A stretch of 62,951 nucleotides of DNA, the filler included, from Octopus bimaculoides (taxonomy: Eukaryota), in the NCBI RefSeq assembly GCF_001194135.2. It is 4 parts of 3 records of this genome, joined end to end, with 100 filler letters (N's around TTAATTAATTAA, not from the genome) between each part and the next. Parts side by side here need not be neighbours in the genome. Positions count along the whole stretch, not along the records: positions 1 to 17,691 come from NC_068986.1; 3 more parts are not named here. One strand, 5' to 3'. The translations under genes were made by a program, and so were the position numbers. The notes beneath the pieces are model-generated. The model was not told where the DNA came from. It saw only the letters and a program-made list of their open reading frames with translations, and searched no databases. This document shows, piece after piece, positions 1 through 12,140 of this stretch (positions are counted from its first letter, which is position 1; each line of letters starts with the position of its first letter).

Positions 1-10
1 TGTACATATA

Positions 11-58
<48 letters not shown>
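1..58. repeat. (TA)n microsatellite, representative of dozens of TA, CA, TATG, TAGA, TATC, GA and trinucleotide tracts across the window
   Basis: Directly visible. Many N-gaps begin or end in such tracts. Confidence 0.95.
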
Positions 59-62
<4 letters not shown>

Positions 63-1975
63 ATAGTTTGCATTTCACCGTTCAGTCAGTATCATGATTT
101 TCACGTGAGAGAGTGATTGGTTTAGGAGGTAATTTTATAGTTTCAGTTAATTCTACGGGTGTATATTTATCAGAGTATGCACCATTGTGGTTTGCAGTAT
201 GTCTAAGTATGTATGTAACTGTGTGGGTACACGGATAAACACATTACATAAGGTAGTGTATGAAACGTGAAGATAACACAATTAACAAACGTATACATAT
301 GTGCGAAATTGTGCCTGTACATCGATGTGTCTCTAAGGACATTATATATGCGTGTGCATGTGTATATTAGAATAAATACATACACGTAGATATACACCAT
401 CGCACGTACATATACTTGCATAAGATTGTATAGACGTATTTTTTCTGCAGACGTTCGTACCTCTATGTCCGTCTATGATGGGTGGTTACGCTATTGGACT
501 CAAAAAAGTTTGTATCTACGTTTCGTGTTCCTGTTTAACCTACTATAAGCATTTTCTTTTGAATTACTTCACCTTCGTCATCTACGAATCCTATGTACTA
601 AGCAAAAACTTATTTTCTTATTGACATCTCTGCCCACTGCGCTATTTTAACTGGTGTACACCATTAAGTTAATGACCCTTTGTGATAAATTCTATTGCAT
701 ATTGCAATTTTTACCTATTCTTTTAGGTATACGTGCGCGTATATGGCTAGTAAATTTTATAAGCAAATCAGTTTTGATGTATAAATATACAAACTCGCAT
801 CCATTTCTTCACAGAGCATAGTTTTGGAAAATAGTTCTTTGGTTTATGAGACCAGTGTACATGCTCTGTTGGAGTATGTTACCTCTTTCTCCTGGATGCG
901 GAAGGGCAAAGTATAAGACAATATACATATATAGGCGACTACATGGGCACACAAACTCTTTGCCAAATTCTCGTACATATTTCATGTTATAAGTATAATC
1001 CTGCGAGTGATGGATGTGGGCAATTGACTATCGTTAAATATACATTCAGAAATATCAAGGAAAATAAATATGACTATGTTTCGAACAGACTAAAGAGAAA
1101 CCGCTGGTGGACTTATATGGCGAAGGTATATAGACATCTTATTTAATTTAGGCACAACATGATTTTGTGATAGTCTTCACCACACACATAAGACATAAGC
1201 ACACACAAACGTACATGTGTGTTTGTGTGTGTGTGTTTGCGTGCGTGTGCGTGTGTGTGTGTGTAGTAAAGACTGTCACAAAATCTGCACACATATATAA
1301 GCACACTCTACCATAGCTAATATTAAACCGAGACAGATTTAGTACTATATACTAGAGGACGGAGTAGCAGAGAGGCACAGCAACTCGGCAAAAAGTGTGC
1401 AAGTCCTTGCAAAAGCTCATACAGTGCTCAAGAAATAGTGAAGCCGTGTGCTTCTCCACGGACAAGTCCAGCAGAATGTCGATAGACAGCCTGCCGAACT
1501 TCATCAAACGACGGACCCCTACATCACCGATAAGAAGGAAACAACCGTACGGGAGTATGCAGATAGTGGGAAGATCCTCAATGCTCATATGATGATGTGG
1601 TCAAACATCCTAGGGGCATAAAAGCGCACGGCCAACAACTTCCAGACCACTAATAACGACATCCCAGTAAGGACCATAAGGCGATCACTGACCCATTAAT
1701 AGGACCACCAAAGAGACCGGTCTGATGAGCCAATGTTGCCAACAACTACCAGATCTCCTAATTCCTCTCTATGATCATCAGGAGAGCGTATGGTTTCTGG
1801 ATATTACACTACCTCGGTACTGATTATACCTGTCGGCCAGATATAGTAGTTTTTCGTCCTAATTAAGAATATATAAAAAAAAAAACAAGCGACAAAGCCG
1901 CTGGTTTCTATAAATATATATTTCTGTATATATGAGTCTGTATATGTATATATGTTGTATGTATGTAGATTATAA

Positions 1976-2073
1976 TTCTGTTTTATTTCTAAATTTCTTA
2001 CCATTAGGAAAAGAGCTGGATTCTAACTTAGGTCCAAGGATTCTTCATTGGAATTTAGACAACATCAACAAGG
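1976..2073 (-). mobile_element. ~100-bp interspersed repeat (family F), probable 3' end of a 5'-truncated retroelement
   Basis: Reverse complement aligns by eye to 31208-31310 (TGTTG..GAAATTC.AATGAAG.A.CCTTGGA.CTA.GTTAGAA.CC.G.TCTTT...GG.AAGAAAT..TGAAAT.AAAC). The 3' end abuts a TATG/ACAT tract. Confidence 0.6.
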
Positions 2074-2170
2074 TATTTGCGCATCTATGTGTGTGGGTAC
2101 ATTATTTACAGTTCGTACATGTGTAGATTTGTATCTTTTGTTTTAGCTTTTCGCATGCATATATATATAT

Positions 2171-2207
<37 letters not shown>

Positions 2208-2268
2208 AGTACGTATGTATGTATGTATGTATGTATATATGTATGTATGTATGCATGTATGCATGTGT

Positions 2269-2651
2269 GGAGGCGCAATGGCACAGTGGTTAGGGCAGCG
2301 GACTCGAGGTCATAGGATAGTGGTTTCGATTCCTAGACCGGGTGTTGTTAGTGTTTATTGAGCGAAAACAACTAAAGCTCCACGAGGCTCCGGCAGGGGA
2401 TGGTGGCGAACCCTGCTGTACTCTTTCACCACGGCTTTCTCTCACTCTTACTTCCTGTTTCTGTTGTACCTGTATTTCAAAGGGCCAGCTTTGTCACACT
2501 CTGTATCACGCTGAATATCCCCGAGAACTACGTTAAGGGTACACGTGTCTGTGGAGTGCTCAGCCACTTGCACGTTAATTTCACGAGCAGGCTGTTCCGT
2601 TCATCGGTTCAACTGGAACCTTCGACGTCGTAAGCGACGGATTGCCAACAA
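2269..2651 (+). mobile_element. tRNA-derived SINE, family A (full length)
   Basis: Head GGAGGCGCAATGGCACAGTGGTTAGGGC has an A-box-like motif and GGTTTCGATTCC a B-box-like motif. A second copy lies at 11630-11972 (-). Flanked by (TATG)n. Confidence 0.9.
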
Positions 2652-3749
2652 TGTATGTAAGTATGTATGTGTGTGTATGTATGTACCAATGTATGTATTA
2701 GACACATCTCTGCTCTTTCTCTTCAATCTTTATGTTTGATTTTTGAGACATCCTTGATGTTCTTCTATGTTCATGTTGACGACATTATAATGATGAATAA
2801 CTGCATCAACTTATTCTGGACATTCTTGGTATCATTCTGTAAATGACACGTGGACAACACTGACTTATTAATTGTCACCTTTTCATGCCAGGCTACTAAT
2901 CATAGCATAGTTGACAAATTTTATATTCGTTTCGCTATGGACACCAAGTGATATTCATAGATTATTACGAGTGTAATACATGTGTGTGTGTGTGTATGTG
3001 TGTTTTTTTTTGGGGGGGGGGTCTTCAGAGACGACCACACTAGTCTGCAAAAGATGTAGACATGTATGCGTATAGTAATAAGTTTCTGTTTCAGAAAGAA
3101 TTAGTCTAGCGAAGGTAAAAAGAACAAGTTTACTGTTCAAAGGTTTCTAAGTCCGACAGGACAACGATAGAGAGTTAGAAAAGGAGAAAGATAGAGAAAG
3201 TGAGAGGGAGAGACGGAGGAACGTAAAGTTATCTTACGAACCAACAAGCTGGAAGATTTAGAGCGATGGAGAAGGAGAGTGATACAGAAATGTGAGCAAG
3301 CTGGAAGATATTGTTGTCTGGGTAATGAATTAAAGAAAATAAGAGAAAAAAAAGAAAAATCAACAAGCTACTTTCTCTCTTTTTCTTTAATTCATTACCC
3401 AGAGAAATATATATTGGACACGTTTCTCTATCCCTCTAACCTCTACTCATCCCCCAAGGACTACCAGATCAACCAAATTTCTTGCGTGAATTGCTGCGTA
3501 CTGCAAGGTTGCTTCCAAAAACGTCGGGTCGCTCTCGGTGCTATTAGTCGCTCTTGTTCGTTACTGGTAACATGTAACCCAGTACAACTTATTACATGGT
3601 CGGGTCGTCAGCGACTAGACTGGCAACCCCCACCAAGCTTGCTTTGTAGTGAGGGTAATTGTTTGACACCCTGCGGGACGAAAATGAACACTTCTCATAA
3701 AGGGAGAAGGAACTCATGAGTAATCAACGTCCATCCAACTATATATGTT

Positions 3750-4173
3750 TACTCTTTTACTCTTTTACTCTTTTACTTGTTTCAGTCATTTGACTGTGGC
3801 CATGCTGGAGCACCGCCTTTTAGTCGAGCAAATCGACCCCAGGACTTATTCTTTGGAAGCCTAGTACTTATTCTATCGGTCTCTTTTGCCGAACCGCTAA
3901 GTTACGGGGACGTAAACACACCAGCATCGGTTGTCAAGCGATGTTGGGCGGGGGACAAAGACAGACACACAAACATATACACACACATACATATACATAT
4001 ATCTACATATATACGACGGGCTTCTTTCAGTTTCCGTCTACCAAATCCACTCACAAGGCTTTGGTCGGCTCGAGGCTATAGTAGAAGACACTTGCCCAAG
4101 GTGCCACGCAGTGGGACTGAACCCAGAACCATGTGGTTGGTAAGGAAGCTACTTATCACACAGCCACTCCTAT
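3750..4173 (-). mobile_element. tRNA-derived SINE, family B, with CORE-like segment and internal CA/TA microsatellite
   Basis: On the minus strand: A-box TGGCTGTGTGATAAG, B-box GGTTCAGTCCC, ACCTTGGGCAAG resembling the CORE-SINE core, and a (GAGTAAAA)n tail. At least 9 other copies in the window. Confidence 0.9.
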
Positions 4174-4439
4174 AATATATATTATTTTGTTTTTAACTTG
4201 ATGTATTTAATTCCATATATTAGGCGGCAGATGGGGCTCCTTAACATTCATGAAGGCATCCCATTTAGGTGAGGGAAACTCTGGTATAAACCCATTTTCT
4301 TGCTATCAGTACTTCCAAAAAGTGTGGCTAGTTCTACACAAACCTTCAACACTCAAATCAAATCATTTATGTGGGTTTTCTGACAACTTACATTTATTCA
4401 TTCAATATGGCCCAGCTTCAACTTTCAGAAATCAAAAAG

Positions 4440-4890
4440 TCCTCTGGCCAGAGAGTGAAAGTGGCAGGGACAGGTAAAGGATATTACTGGAAGTCTCTTA
4501 GTGGTTCGCTACACAGTCGGCAACCTTTTGGTGATGGCCGTTCCAGCGCTGACCTTGGGAGTAGGTGTGCTGTCCGTGTCATCCAGCGATGATAAAGCCG
4601 GTCTATTTAGAAACAATACTGCTTTCCCCAACAGAGGGTGGACGAGAAAAGGAGCCCCAAATATTGCTTACTCACCTAAAACTGGGCAGCCTGCTGCAGC
4701 TGTCTCGTTATTCAGTAACGCATTCGAATCATGAAGAAATCTAAGAATATTTACTTTGATTCTTGGAATGTGCGCTCTCTCCAAGATAGTCACTCAGTAC
4801 CCGAATGGAAAACAGTACCGGCTGCCCTTGAACTAAAGAAATACAGCATTGGTATAGCTGCACTCATTGACACATGTCCATTTAACGATA
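4440..4890 (+). mobile_element. RTE-clade LINE 5' region and start of APE endonuclease (decayed)
   Basis: ORF 4731: SWNVRSLQD...ALELKKYSIGIAALIDT matches the RTE endonuclease N-terminus (WNVRTL...ELxRYxIDIAALSET). Confidence 0.7.
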
Positions 4891-4894
4891 TAAC

Positions 4895-5798
4895 ATGTCC
4901 AGATTTGCTTCGTACCGGGGTTGCAATTAGAAGTATTGTGCAGATTGTTGGGGCCTCTGTGAGTACTGTCTACAACGTTAGAACCGAATGCTGGATACAG
5001 GAGGCATCAAGAGAAAGCAAGGAAATGGAGAGATAAATGCAAAACGGGATAATGTATTTCTCGAATCTCTCAAACCAAAATTTCGAAAGGCCCAACAACA
5101 TCCATGAGAAAACTGTCCACGGACATGAAAGTTGATCCAAAAACCATCAGAAATGCTGTACACACTGATTTACATTTGTTGTCATACGTGAGGACCCCGA
5201 GAAATCTATTGACTCATGCAATGAAAACCAAATATGTTGCTATACCTGAAGGTCTGTGGACAAACCGTCAAAATCTTTTCAGATGGAAATATCTCTACTG
5301 TTAATGTTATTTTAAATCGTAGCAATGGTCGATACATGGCTAATGCACTTTCTGAAGTAAAGGACGTCTTTAGGACCATGCCCCCGTGGCGTCTGACGAC
5401 AAAAGATGCCTCTCCATTTTTTCAAGTCTGGAGAAAGGTGGATGCAAACATGTATAAAATCCTGCGAAATAAGGTTTTGCCTTGGTTGAAGTCTAACTAC
5501 TTCAATGGAAATTATGTGTCGACCCAAGATGGTTCTCCTGCTCATACGGCGAAGAAAGGAGAGAAATTCTGCGAAGACAATTTCGCCGACTGTTGGCCTG
5601 CCAACTTCTGACTCTCTTCCAGACAAAACTTGAAGTCCCTGGACAATGCTGTGTGGGACAAATTGGAGTATTCTACCAACAGAAAACCGCATACAAGTCT
5701 AGATCATTTTAAGCAAATCCTGAGGATAGAGGGGGTCATCATCATGTCTGAGTACTTCATCATGAAGAGTTATGACGTCTTCAGGCGGCGGGGGAAGG
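4895..5798 (+). mobile_element. Tc1/mariner transposase pseudogene, DD37D (maT-like)
   Basis: HTH segments DLLRTGVAIRSIVQIVGASVSTVYNV and MRKLSTDMKVDPKTIRNAVHTDL. Catalytic motifs IFSD, TQDGSPAHT and NLKSLDNAVW, with 37 codons (one a stop) between the 2nd and 3rd D. Frameshifted; runs into an N-gap. Confidence 0.85.
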
Positions 5799-6117
5799 NN
5801 NNNNNNNNNNNNNNNNNNNNNNNNNNNNNNNNNNNNNNNNNNNNNNNNNNNNNNNNNNNNNNNNNNNNNNNNNNNNNNNNNNNNNNNNNNNNNNNNNNNN
5901 NNNNNNNNNNNNNNNNNNNNNNNNNNNNNNNNNNNNNNNNNNNNNNNNNNNNNNNNNNNNNNNNNNNNNNNNNNNNNNNNNNNNNNNNNNNNNNNNNNNN
6001 NNNNNNNNNNNNNNNNNNNNNNNNNNNNNNNNNNNNNNNNNNNNNNNNNNNNNNNNNNNNNNNNNNNNNNNNNNNNNNNNNNNNNNNNNNNNNNNNNNNN
6101 NNNNNNNNNNNNNNNNN

Positions 6118-6149
<32 letters not shown>

Positions 6150-6576
6150 TAATATAGGATAAAATCTTTATAAGAATTTATCATGTAGTCAGCGTGAAAA
6201 AACCTCATAATGAAAAAAAATCATCATTTCTTTCATAAATATATATAATTTGTATAAGGGCATTAACTATATAGTAACTATATAGTAATGCCTCACGCTC
6301 AGAGGGACTAAATAAGTCAAAAACTACCAAAAAATAAGCAACATATTTACCGAAAGCGAGGAAATGCAGCTTTCAAAATTTATCTCTTAAAAACATTTAA
6401 TTTAACGGTAAAACACTGGTTTCTCAATCAATACAGAAAAACTGTGAAGTAACCTGCATCTTCTGTTCATCAGTACACGCATGGTCGAGACACATAAAAA
6501 TAAACAAGAATCAACATACCACGATGTACCCAACACAGTACGATGACTTCTGTCCATAATTATATATCCGTGAAAG

Positions 6577-6607
<31 letters not shown>

Positions 6608-7556
6608 GGATTCCACACTTGTTAACGTAATTGATCATTTAATAATGTCTATCTAATTCATCATGGATTGTCAATAGGGGATCTCAGACATCGACTTAGA
6701 AAAACATAACAAATACGATTGGGATCATAACATATTGCTATTGTGTTTGTCTATATTCTCTGTGGCTATAATGGGTCCTATTATTCATTTCCTAATCATT
6801 ATATAGTGGTGTATTGTATGATAATATTAACCCTTCCTTTTAATCAAGGAACATTTGTTAATTTAATGGCAACCATATTATTCCAGACCTCAAAATCTCC
6901 ATTAATTACTGTTTCTTTTCTTTATTTCATTCTATTCGGTAACTTGATGTAAATATAATCTGGGCATGAATTCGACGCATGTAAATTACTTCTGTATTTA
7001 TATATGGGAACCACGTCGCGGATCAACCAATGTTGTCATTTAATATCACATCAAACACTGTAATTCACTTTAAATGAAACATCTAATTTATTAGGTGTCA
7101 AGATTCTTGTCGCACAACTGCGACCCTTCTACAGAAAGGGAAAATGGCCAAGATATAAGGACGCGGTTGTGCAGTGACACATTTCACATTTGATATCTAA
7201 TAAAAGAAATGTGATATTGAGGCCGATTTAACAGCAATACCTCATAGTAACTGTCTAAAACACCACTCACTTTATATATCTCAAAACACAGTTATAGATT
7301 ATGTCAGTTGTTGGGAATGTTTAACTCTGATATGCGTGCGTGCGTGCGTGCATGCGTGTGTGTGTGTATGTATGTGTGTGTATCATTCAGTCTGCTATAA
7401 TGAACCCATAAATACATATAAAGTACCCAAGGGAATATTTTTTTCCCTCTGAAAATATTATTCTCAGGTCATATAAATTTAATATTTGCGTAATATTTAC
7501 TGAGTAGTAATTGAAACAGCTGTAAGGGATGATGATTGATTTGCTGTTAATAACCT

Positions 7557-7679
7557 TTCTTTTATCTTTTCTACTCTAGGCACAAGGCCCGAAATATTTT
7601 GGGAGTGGGACAGTCGATTAGATCGATCTCAGTATGCAACTGGTACTTAATTTTTCGACCCCGAAAAAATGAAAGGCAT
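7557..7679 (-). mobile_element. SINE family C, 3' fragment
   Basis: Matches the family-C tail seen in other copies (TTTTCTACTCTAGGCACAAGGCCCGAAA...GCAACTGGTACTTAATTT.TCGACCCCGAAA). Confidence 0.8.
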
Positions 7680-7775
7680 TTCTTTTTCTTCTCATAAATG
7701 TGTATGTATGCATGTATGTATGTAAGTATGTATATATGAATGTATGTATGTATGTATGTATATATGTATGTATGT

Positions 7776-7821
<46 letters not shown>

Positions 7822-7830
7822 GTGTATATT

Positions 7831-8121
7831 GTGAAGGCTTAATGATTAGGGTGTTGCACTCATGATTGCGCGATCTAGGGTTCCATTCCCAGACCGGGCT
7901 TTGCATTGTGACCTGGAGCAAAGCACTTCATTTCATGCTGCTCTGCGATGATTTTATCATCTGACATGTGGCATATAGTGCACTTGTACAGGTAATGTAG
8001 ATTTGATGGAGGGGGTGAGCTTATGTGTACACAAATATTTGAATACCGTAAATAAATCAGCTGTGTGATTGTTCGAGAAGTTGGCGAAACCTTATACGCC
8101 ACCTAACGACGGAAGAGCCCA

Positions 8122-8122
<1 letters not shown>
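7831..8122 (+). mobile_element. tRNA-derived SINE, family E (single diverged copy)
   Basis: A-box-like GGCTTAATGATTAGG, B-box-like GGGTTCCATTCCC, then GTGACCTGGAGCAAAGCACTT resembling a CORE/V-type segment. Confidence 0.5.
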
Positions 8123-8166
<44 letters not shown>

Positions 8167-8859
8167 NNNNNNNNNNNNNNNNNNNNNNNNNNNNNNNNNN
8201 NNNNNNNNNNNNNNNNNNNNNNNNNNNNNNNNNNNNNNNNNNNNNNNNNNNNNNNNNNNNNNNNNNNNNNNNNNNNNNNNNNNNNNNNNNNNNNNNNNNN
8301 NNNNNNNNNNNNNNNNNNNNNNNNNNNNNNNNNNNNNNNNNNNNNNNNNNNNNNNNNNNNNNNNNNNNNNNNNNNNNNNNNNNNNNNNNNNNNNNNNNNN
8401 NNNNNNNNNNNNNNNNNNNNNNNNNNNNNNNNNNNNNNNNNNNNNNNNNNNNNNNNNNNNNNNNNNNNNNNNNNNNNNNNNNNNNNNNNNNNNNNNNNNN
8501 NNNNNNNNNNNNNNNNNNNNNNNNNNNNNNNNNNNNNNNNNNNNNNNNNNNNNNNNNNNNNNNNNNNNNNNNNNNNNNNNNNNNNNNNNNNNNNNNNNNN
8601 NNNNNNNNNNNNNNNNNNNNNNNNNNNNNNNNNNNNNNNNNNNNNNNNNNNNNNNNNNNNNNNNNNNNNNNNNNNNNNNNNNNNNNNNNNNNNNNNNNNN
8701 NNNNNNNNNNNNNNNNNNNNNNNNNNNNNNNNNNNNNNNNNNNNNNNNNNNNNNNNNNNNNNNNNNNNCACGAATCGTGTTCCGTATCATAGTATAAACA
8801 CAAATAAATTCACAAGTGCTGGAATGGATACACTTCACCATTAGCAATGTTATGCAGAA

Positions 8860-9471
8860 GCCATGCGCAGTAATTTGCTTGCTTTCTCTTGTCATTCAGT
8901 TTTGATTTCTGTACCGTTGTGAAACGATACAACTTCGGATTTTGACTTTATCACCCGTCGGCATGACCACGTGCATATGTGAGACTGCTGCACCTATTTT
9001 TTTCGGATTACTTGTAATCCTTTGGCGAATGTCCTAAGTAACTTCGAACTGTCGGGCCGGTTCCTTTGTGGGGTTGTGCAATGAACTCAGTTGCGAGCCA
9101 TACTTCAAGTATCATTTGTCTCGTTCTCTTTACTGGTAAGTCTTTACTCGGAAAATTGCCTTCAAAAAGTTCTCGCGTTTGCTTAACACAACCCGTCTCA
9201 CACACGTTCCCACAATATCCACTGTTTCCTCTGTTGCATAAGTCATTTCACGGGAAATGTTCACTCAGGGGAATCATACACTCAAGTAACGTCGACTTGT
9301 GTACCACCTGTGTTCAGCAGTTACAAGCGGTCAAAATTATGGAATGACATGCAAACGAAAGGCTGCGTGAATTTTCTTATGTATAATTTATTTCTGTGTA
9401 ATTTATTTCTGTATTTACACTATGCGATGTACTTTGTGCGCATAGTGGCTACTACCTTGTGCGCCACCTTG
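8860..9471 (-). mobile_element. Decayed Tc1/mariner 5' half (TIR-like end plus HTH-coding remnant)
   Basis: Minus strand begins CAAGGTGGCGCAC (TIR-like). Frameshifted peptide YATEETVDIVGTCVR / RELFEGNFPSKDLPVKRTRQMILEVWLATEF resembles mariner-family N-termini. Confidence 0.45.
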
Positions 9472-9502
9472 TGCAGGAGCACACAGACACACACACACAC
9501 AC

Positions 9503-9726
9503 ATGGCGAGCTGGCAGAAACGTTAGCACGTCGGCGAAAGGCTTAGCGGTATTTCGTCTGCCGCTACGTTCTGAGTTCAAATTCCGCCGAGGTCGACTTT
9601 GCCTTTCATCCTTTCGGGGTCGATTAAATAAATACCAATTACGCACTGGGGTCGATATAATCGACTTAATCCGTTTGTCTGTCCCTGTTTGTCCCCTCTG
9701 TGTGTAGCCCCTTGTGGGTAGTAAAG

Positions 9727-9731
<5 letters not shown>
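9503..9731 (+). mobile_element. tRNA-derived SINE, family C (full length)
   Basis: GGCGAGCTGGCAGAAACGTTAG head, B-box GAGTTCAAATTCC, body GGTCGACTTTGCCTTTCATCCTTTCGGGGTCGAT. At least 12 copies in the window. Confidence 0.9.
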
Positions 9732-9757
<26 letters not shown>

Positions 9758-10025
9758 CACAAACATTTATATATGTATACAAACAATTGTTTATGATAGA
9801 GAGAGAGAGAGACAGACAGATACAGAGAGAGTGGTGATAGAGTTAGAGTAATACAGCATATACAAAGGTTAATGCAGACATACATAGAAACGTGCATACA
9901 TATATACATATATATATGTGTATGTGTGTGTGTGTGAATGTGTGTGTGTGTGTGAGTGTGTGTGTGTGTATGTATCTATATCATTTAAATTCATTTATGT
10001 CTCTCGTCTCTCTCACATACGCATG

Positions 10026-10057
<32 letters not shown>

Positions 10058-10111
10058 CATGTGTGTGTGTGTGTNNNNNNNNNNNNNNNNNNNNNNNNNN
10101 NNNNNNNNNNN

Positions 10112-10167
<56 letters not shown>

Positions 10168-10599
10168 ACTTCGGACAATATCTATGTAACTGTAAAACAA
10201 TATGTATGCATTATAAAATAAATAAAAGACCTTTGCAAAACTCTGATTTATATGCAGAACTCATGCACGTTTAAGTACTTTATCTGTGCAAAACTGTAAT
10301 TTGAAACCTACATTATGATAAATGTGGTCAGAAAAGCTTTACTATAATGGAAAACCTTTAATCACAACACAGCTGGCTGCACGACCACGGTGGAGATAAA
10401 TCCGACGGTACCGCAAAAGACAACGATATCCAGACATGTGATCTTTCCCGATCAACAAACTATAGGCCTCATAACATCGGACAGTCATCGCTAAAATTCC
10501 ATGAACGACATCGTTGGCGGATTTTTGTCATCGTTCGTGTTGTCATCAGGGCCATGCTTTTGGGATCATCTTCAATATTACATTCTCGAGCAACTACAT

Positions 10600-10642
10600 C
10601 ATTATCTCCTTCATCATAATGAGTGCTGTATTTCACATATAA

Positions 10643-10710
<68 letters not shown>

Positions 10711-11290
10711 CTTCTTCTTCTTCTTCTTCTTCTTCTTCGTCCAGGTCGTCGTTGTCATCGACATCATCATCATAATCATCATCATCGTCACCGCCTCGTC
10801 GCCTTCATCAACTTCGTCGTCATCATCATCATCATAATAGTCGTTGTAATCGTCATCCTCGTCATTATCATTATCCTCCTCCACCTCCTCTTCCTCATCA
10901 TCATCATCATCACCGTCCTCATCTTCGACGACTTATCGTCATCGTCATCTTCTTCGTCATCGTCATCATCATCTTCATCATCATAACAGTGGTGGTTGTC
11001 GTTGTCAAAATCATCAAGATTATCATCATCATCGGTATCGTCATCGTCGTCGCCGTCGACGACGACGCTGTCATCGTCACGATTTCGGACATCGCCCTTT
11101 TTAGCATCTTTATCGTTGTAGGTATTCATGTTATCGTTTATATCTCATTTTAATGCTGACGATAATGACGCCGACCACGAAATCCGTTATTACCACGACG
11201 CCGATCATCAGACTCCATCATCATATCCCCACCCGCATTTCCTCATTATTATCATTAACTTCCTCACCATCATTACTGCAGTCTTTGTAG
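10600..11290. repeat. Compound trinucleotide tract (CTA)n(CTT)n(CAT/CGT)n
   Basis: Directly visible. Similar tracts at 28477-28570, 29075-29410, 29860-30265, 37295-37460, 40230-40440, 41790-41856 and 42300-42610. Confidence 0.9.
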
Positions 11291-11468
11291 TTTTCACAAC
11301 AATCAGATCTCCCCTACAACTTATTACACCTCTATTTGCAACCTCATAACCCCTATCAGTGACACCGCTAACAACGTAATCCCATAGAAAACCTTTTAAT
11401 ATGATAAACAAACAACGGTATTACCGTTTGTAAATCTCACAACGAGGGATATTAAGCAACAGTACTTT

Positions 11469-11584
11469 GGGGTAAAGATTGTTTGCCGACATAACATGGC
11501 GTAGTCCTGGTTTAGGACTAAGTTACAGCCACATTCTTCATTAAAGAGAACTGCAATGTTATGTTGGCAAACGATCTTTACTCC
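11469..11584. repeat. Inverted repeat: 29-bp arms (26/29 identical) around a 58-nt loop with an inner hairpin
   Basis: GGGGTAAAGATTGTTTGCCGACATAACAT ... ATGTTATGTTGGCAAACGATCTTTACTCC; inner TAGTCCT-GGTTT-AGGACTA. Confidence 0.85.
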
Positions 11585-11629
11585 GGTTGTTTGGTTAGTC
11601 GGTTGGTTGGTTGGTTGGCACTCTGTCGG

Positions 11630-11972
11630 TTAAGACGATGAGGAACAGCCTACTTGTGAAATTAACGTGCAAGTGGCTGTGCACTCCACAGACACGTGTA
11701 CCCTTAACGTAGTTCTCGGGGGAGATTCAACGTGACACAGAGTGTGACAAAACTGGCCCTTTGAAATACTGGTACAACAGAAACAGGAAGATAGAATGAA
11801 AGAAAGTTGTGGTGAAAGAATACAGCAGGGTTCGCCACCATCCCCTGCCGGAGCCTGGTGAAATTTTAGGTGTTTTCGCTCAATAAACACATACAACGCC
11901 CGATCTGGAAAACGAAACCGCGATCCTACGACCGGAGTCCACTGCCCTAACTACTGGGCCATTGCCCCTCCA
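11630..11972 (-). mobile_element. SINE family A
   Basis: Reverse complement of 2269-2651 (ORFs 2342 and 11630 translate near-identically). (CAAC)n tail. Confidence 0.9.
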
Positions 11973-11992
11973 CGATATGTACTCAAAACAAC

Positions 11993-12140
11993 GGTATATC
12001 AACTCGGGTATATCAACCTCGGGTATATCAACTCGGGTATATCAACCTCGGTGGAATTTGAACTCAGAACTTAAACATCAGACGGAATATCGCTAAGCAT
12101 TTCGCCCGGCGTGCTAACGTTTCTACCTGCACACCGCATT
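11993..12140 (-). mobile_element. SINE family C 5' fragment ending in a 14/15-bp tandem array
   Basis: 12040-12140 matches the family-C head. 11993-12050 is (GGTATATCAACTCG GGTATATCAACCTCG)x2. Confidence 0.8.

Noticed and set aside
2269-2345. tRNA-like sequences at SINE heads
   Set aside because: A/B boxes are present, but they continue into multicopy SINE bodies with no complete cloverleaf, so they are not tRNA genes.
6259-6292. 34-bp near-palindrome GGCATTAACTATATAGTAACTATATAGTAATGCC
   Set aside because: Mostly AT-rich self-complementary TATATA units, probably from a small local duplication; too short to interpret.
10362-10619. Open frame WLHDHGGDKSDG...LKFHERHRWRIF
   Set aside because: No ATG, a weak acceptor and no homology I can recognise.
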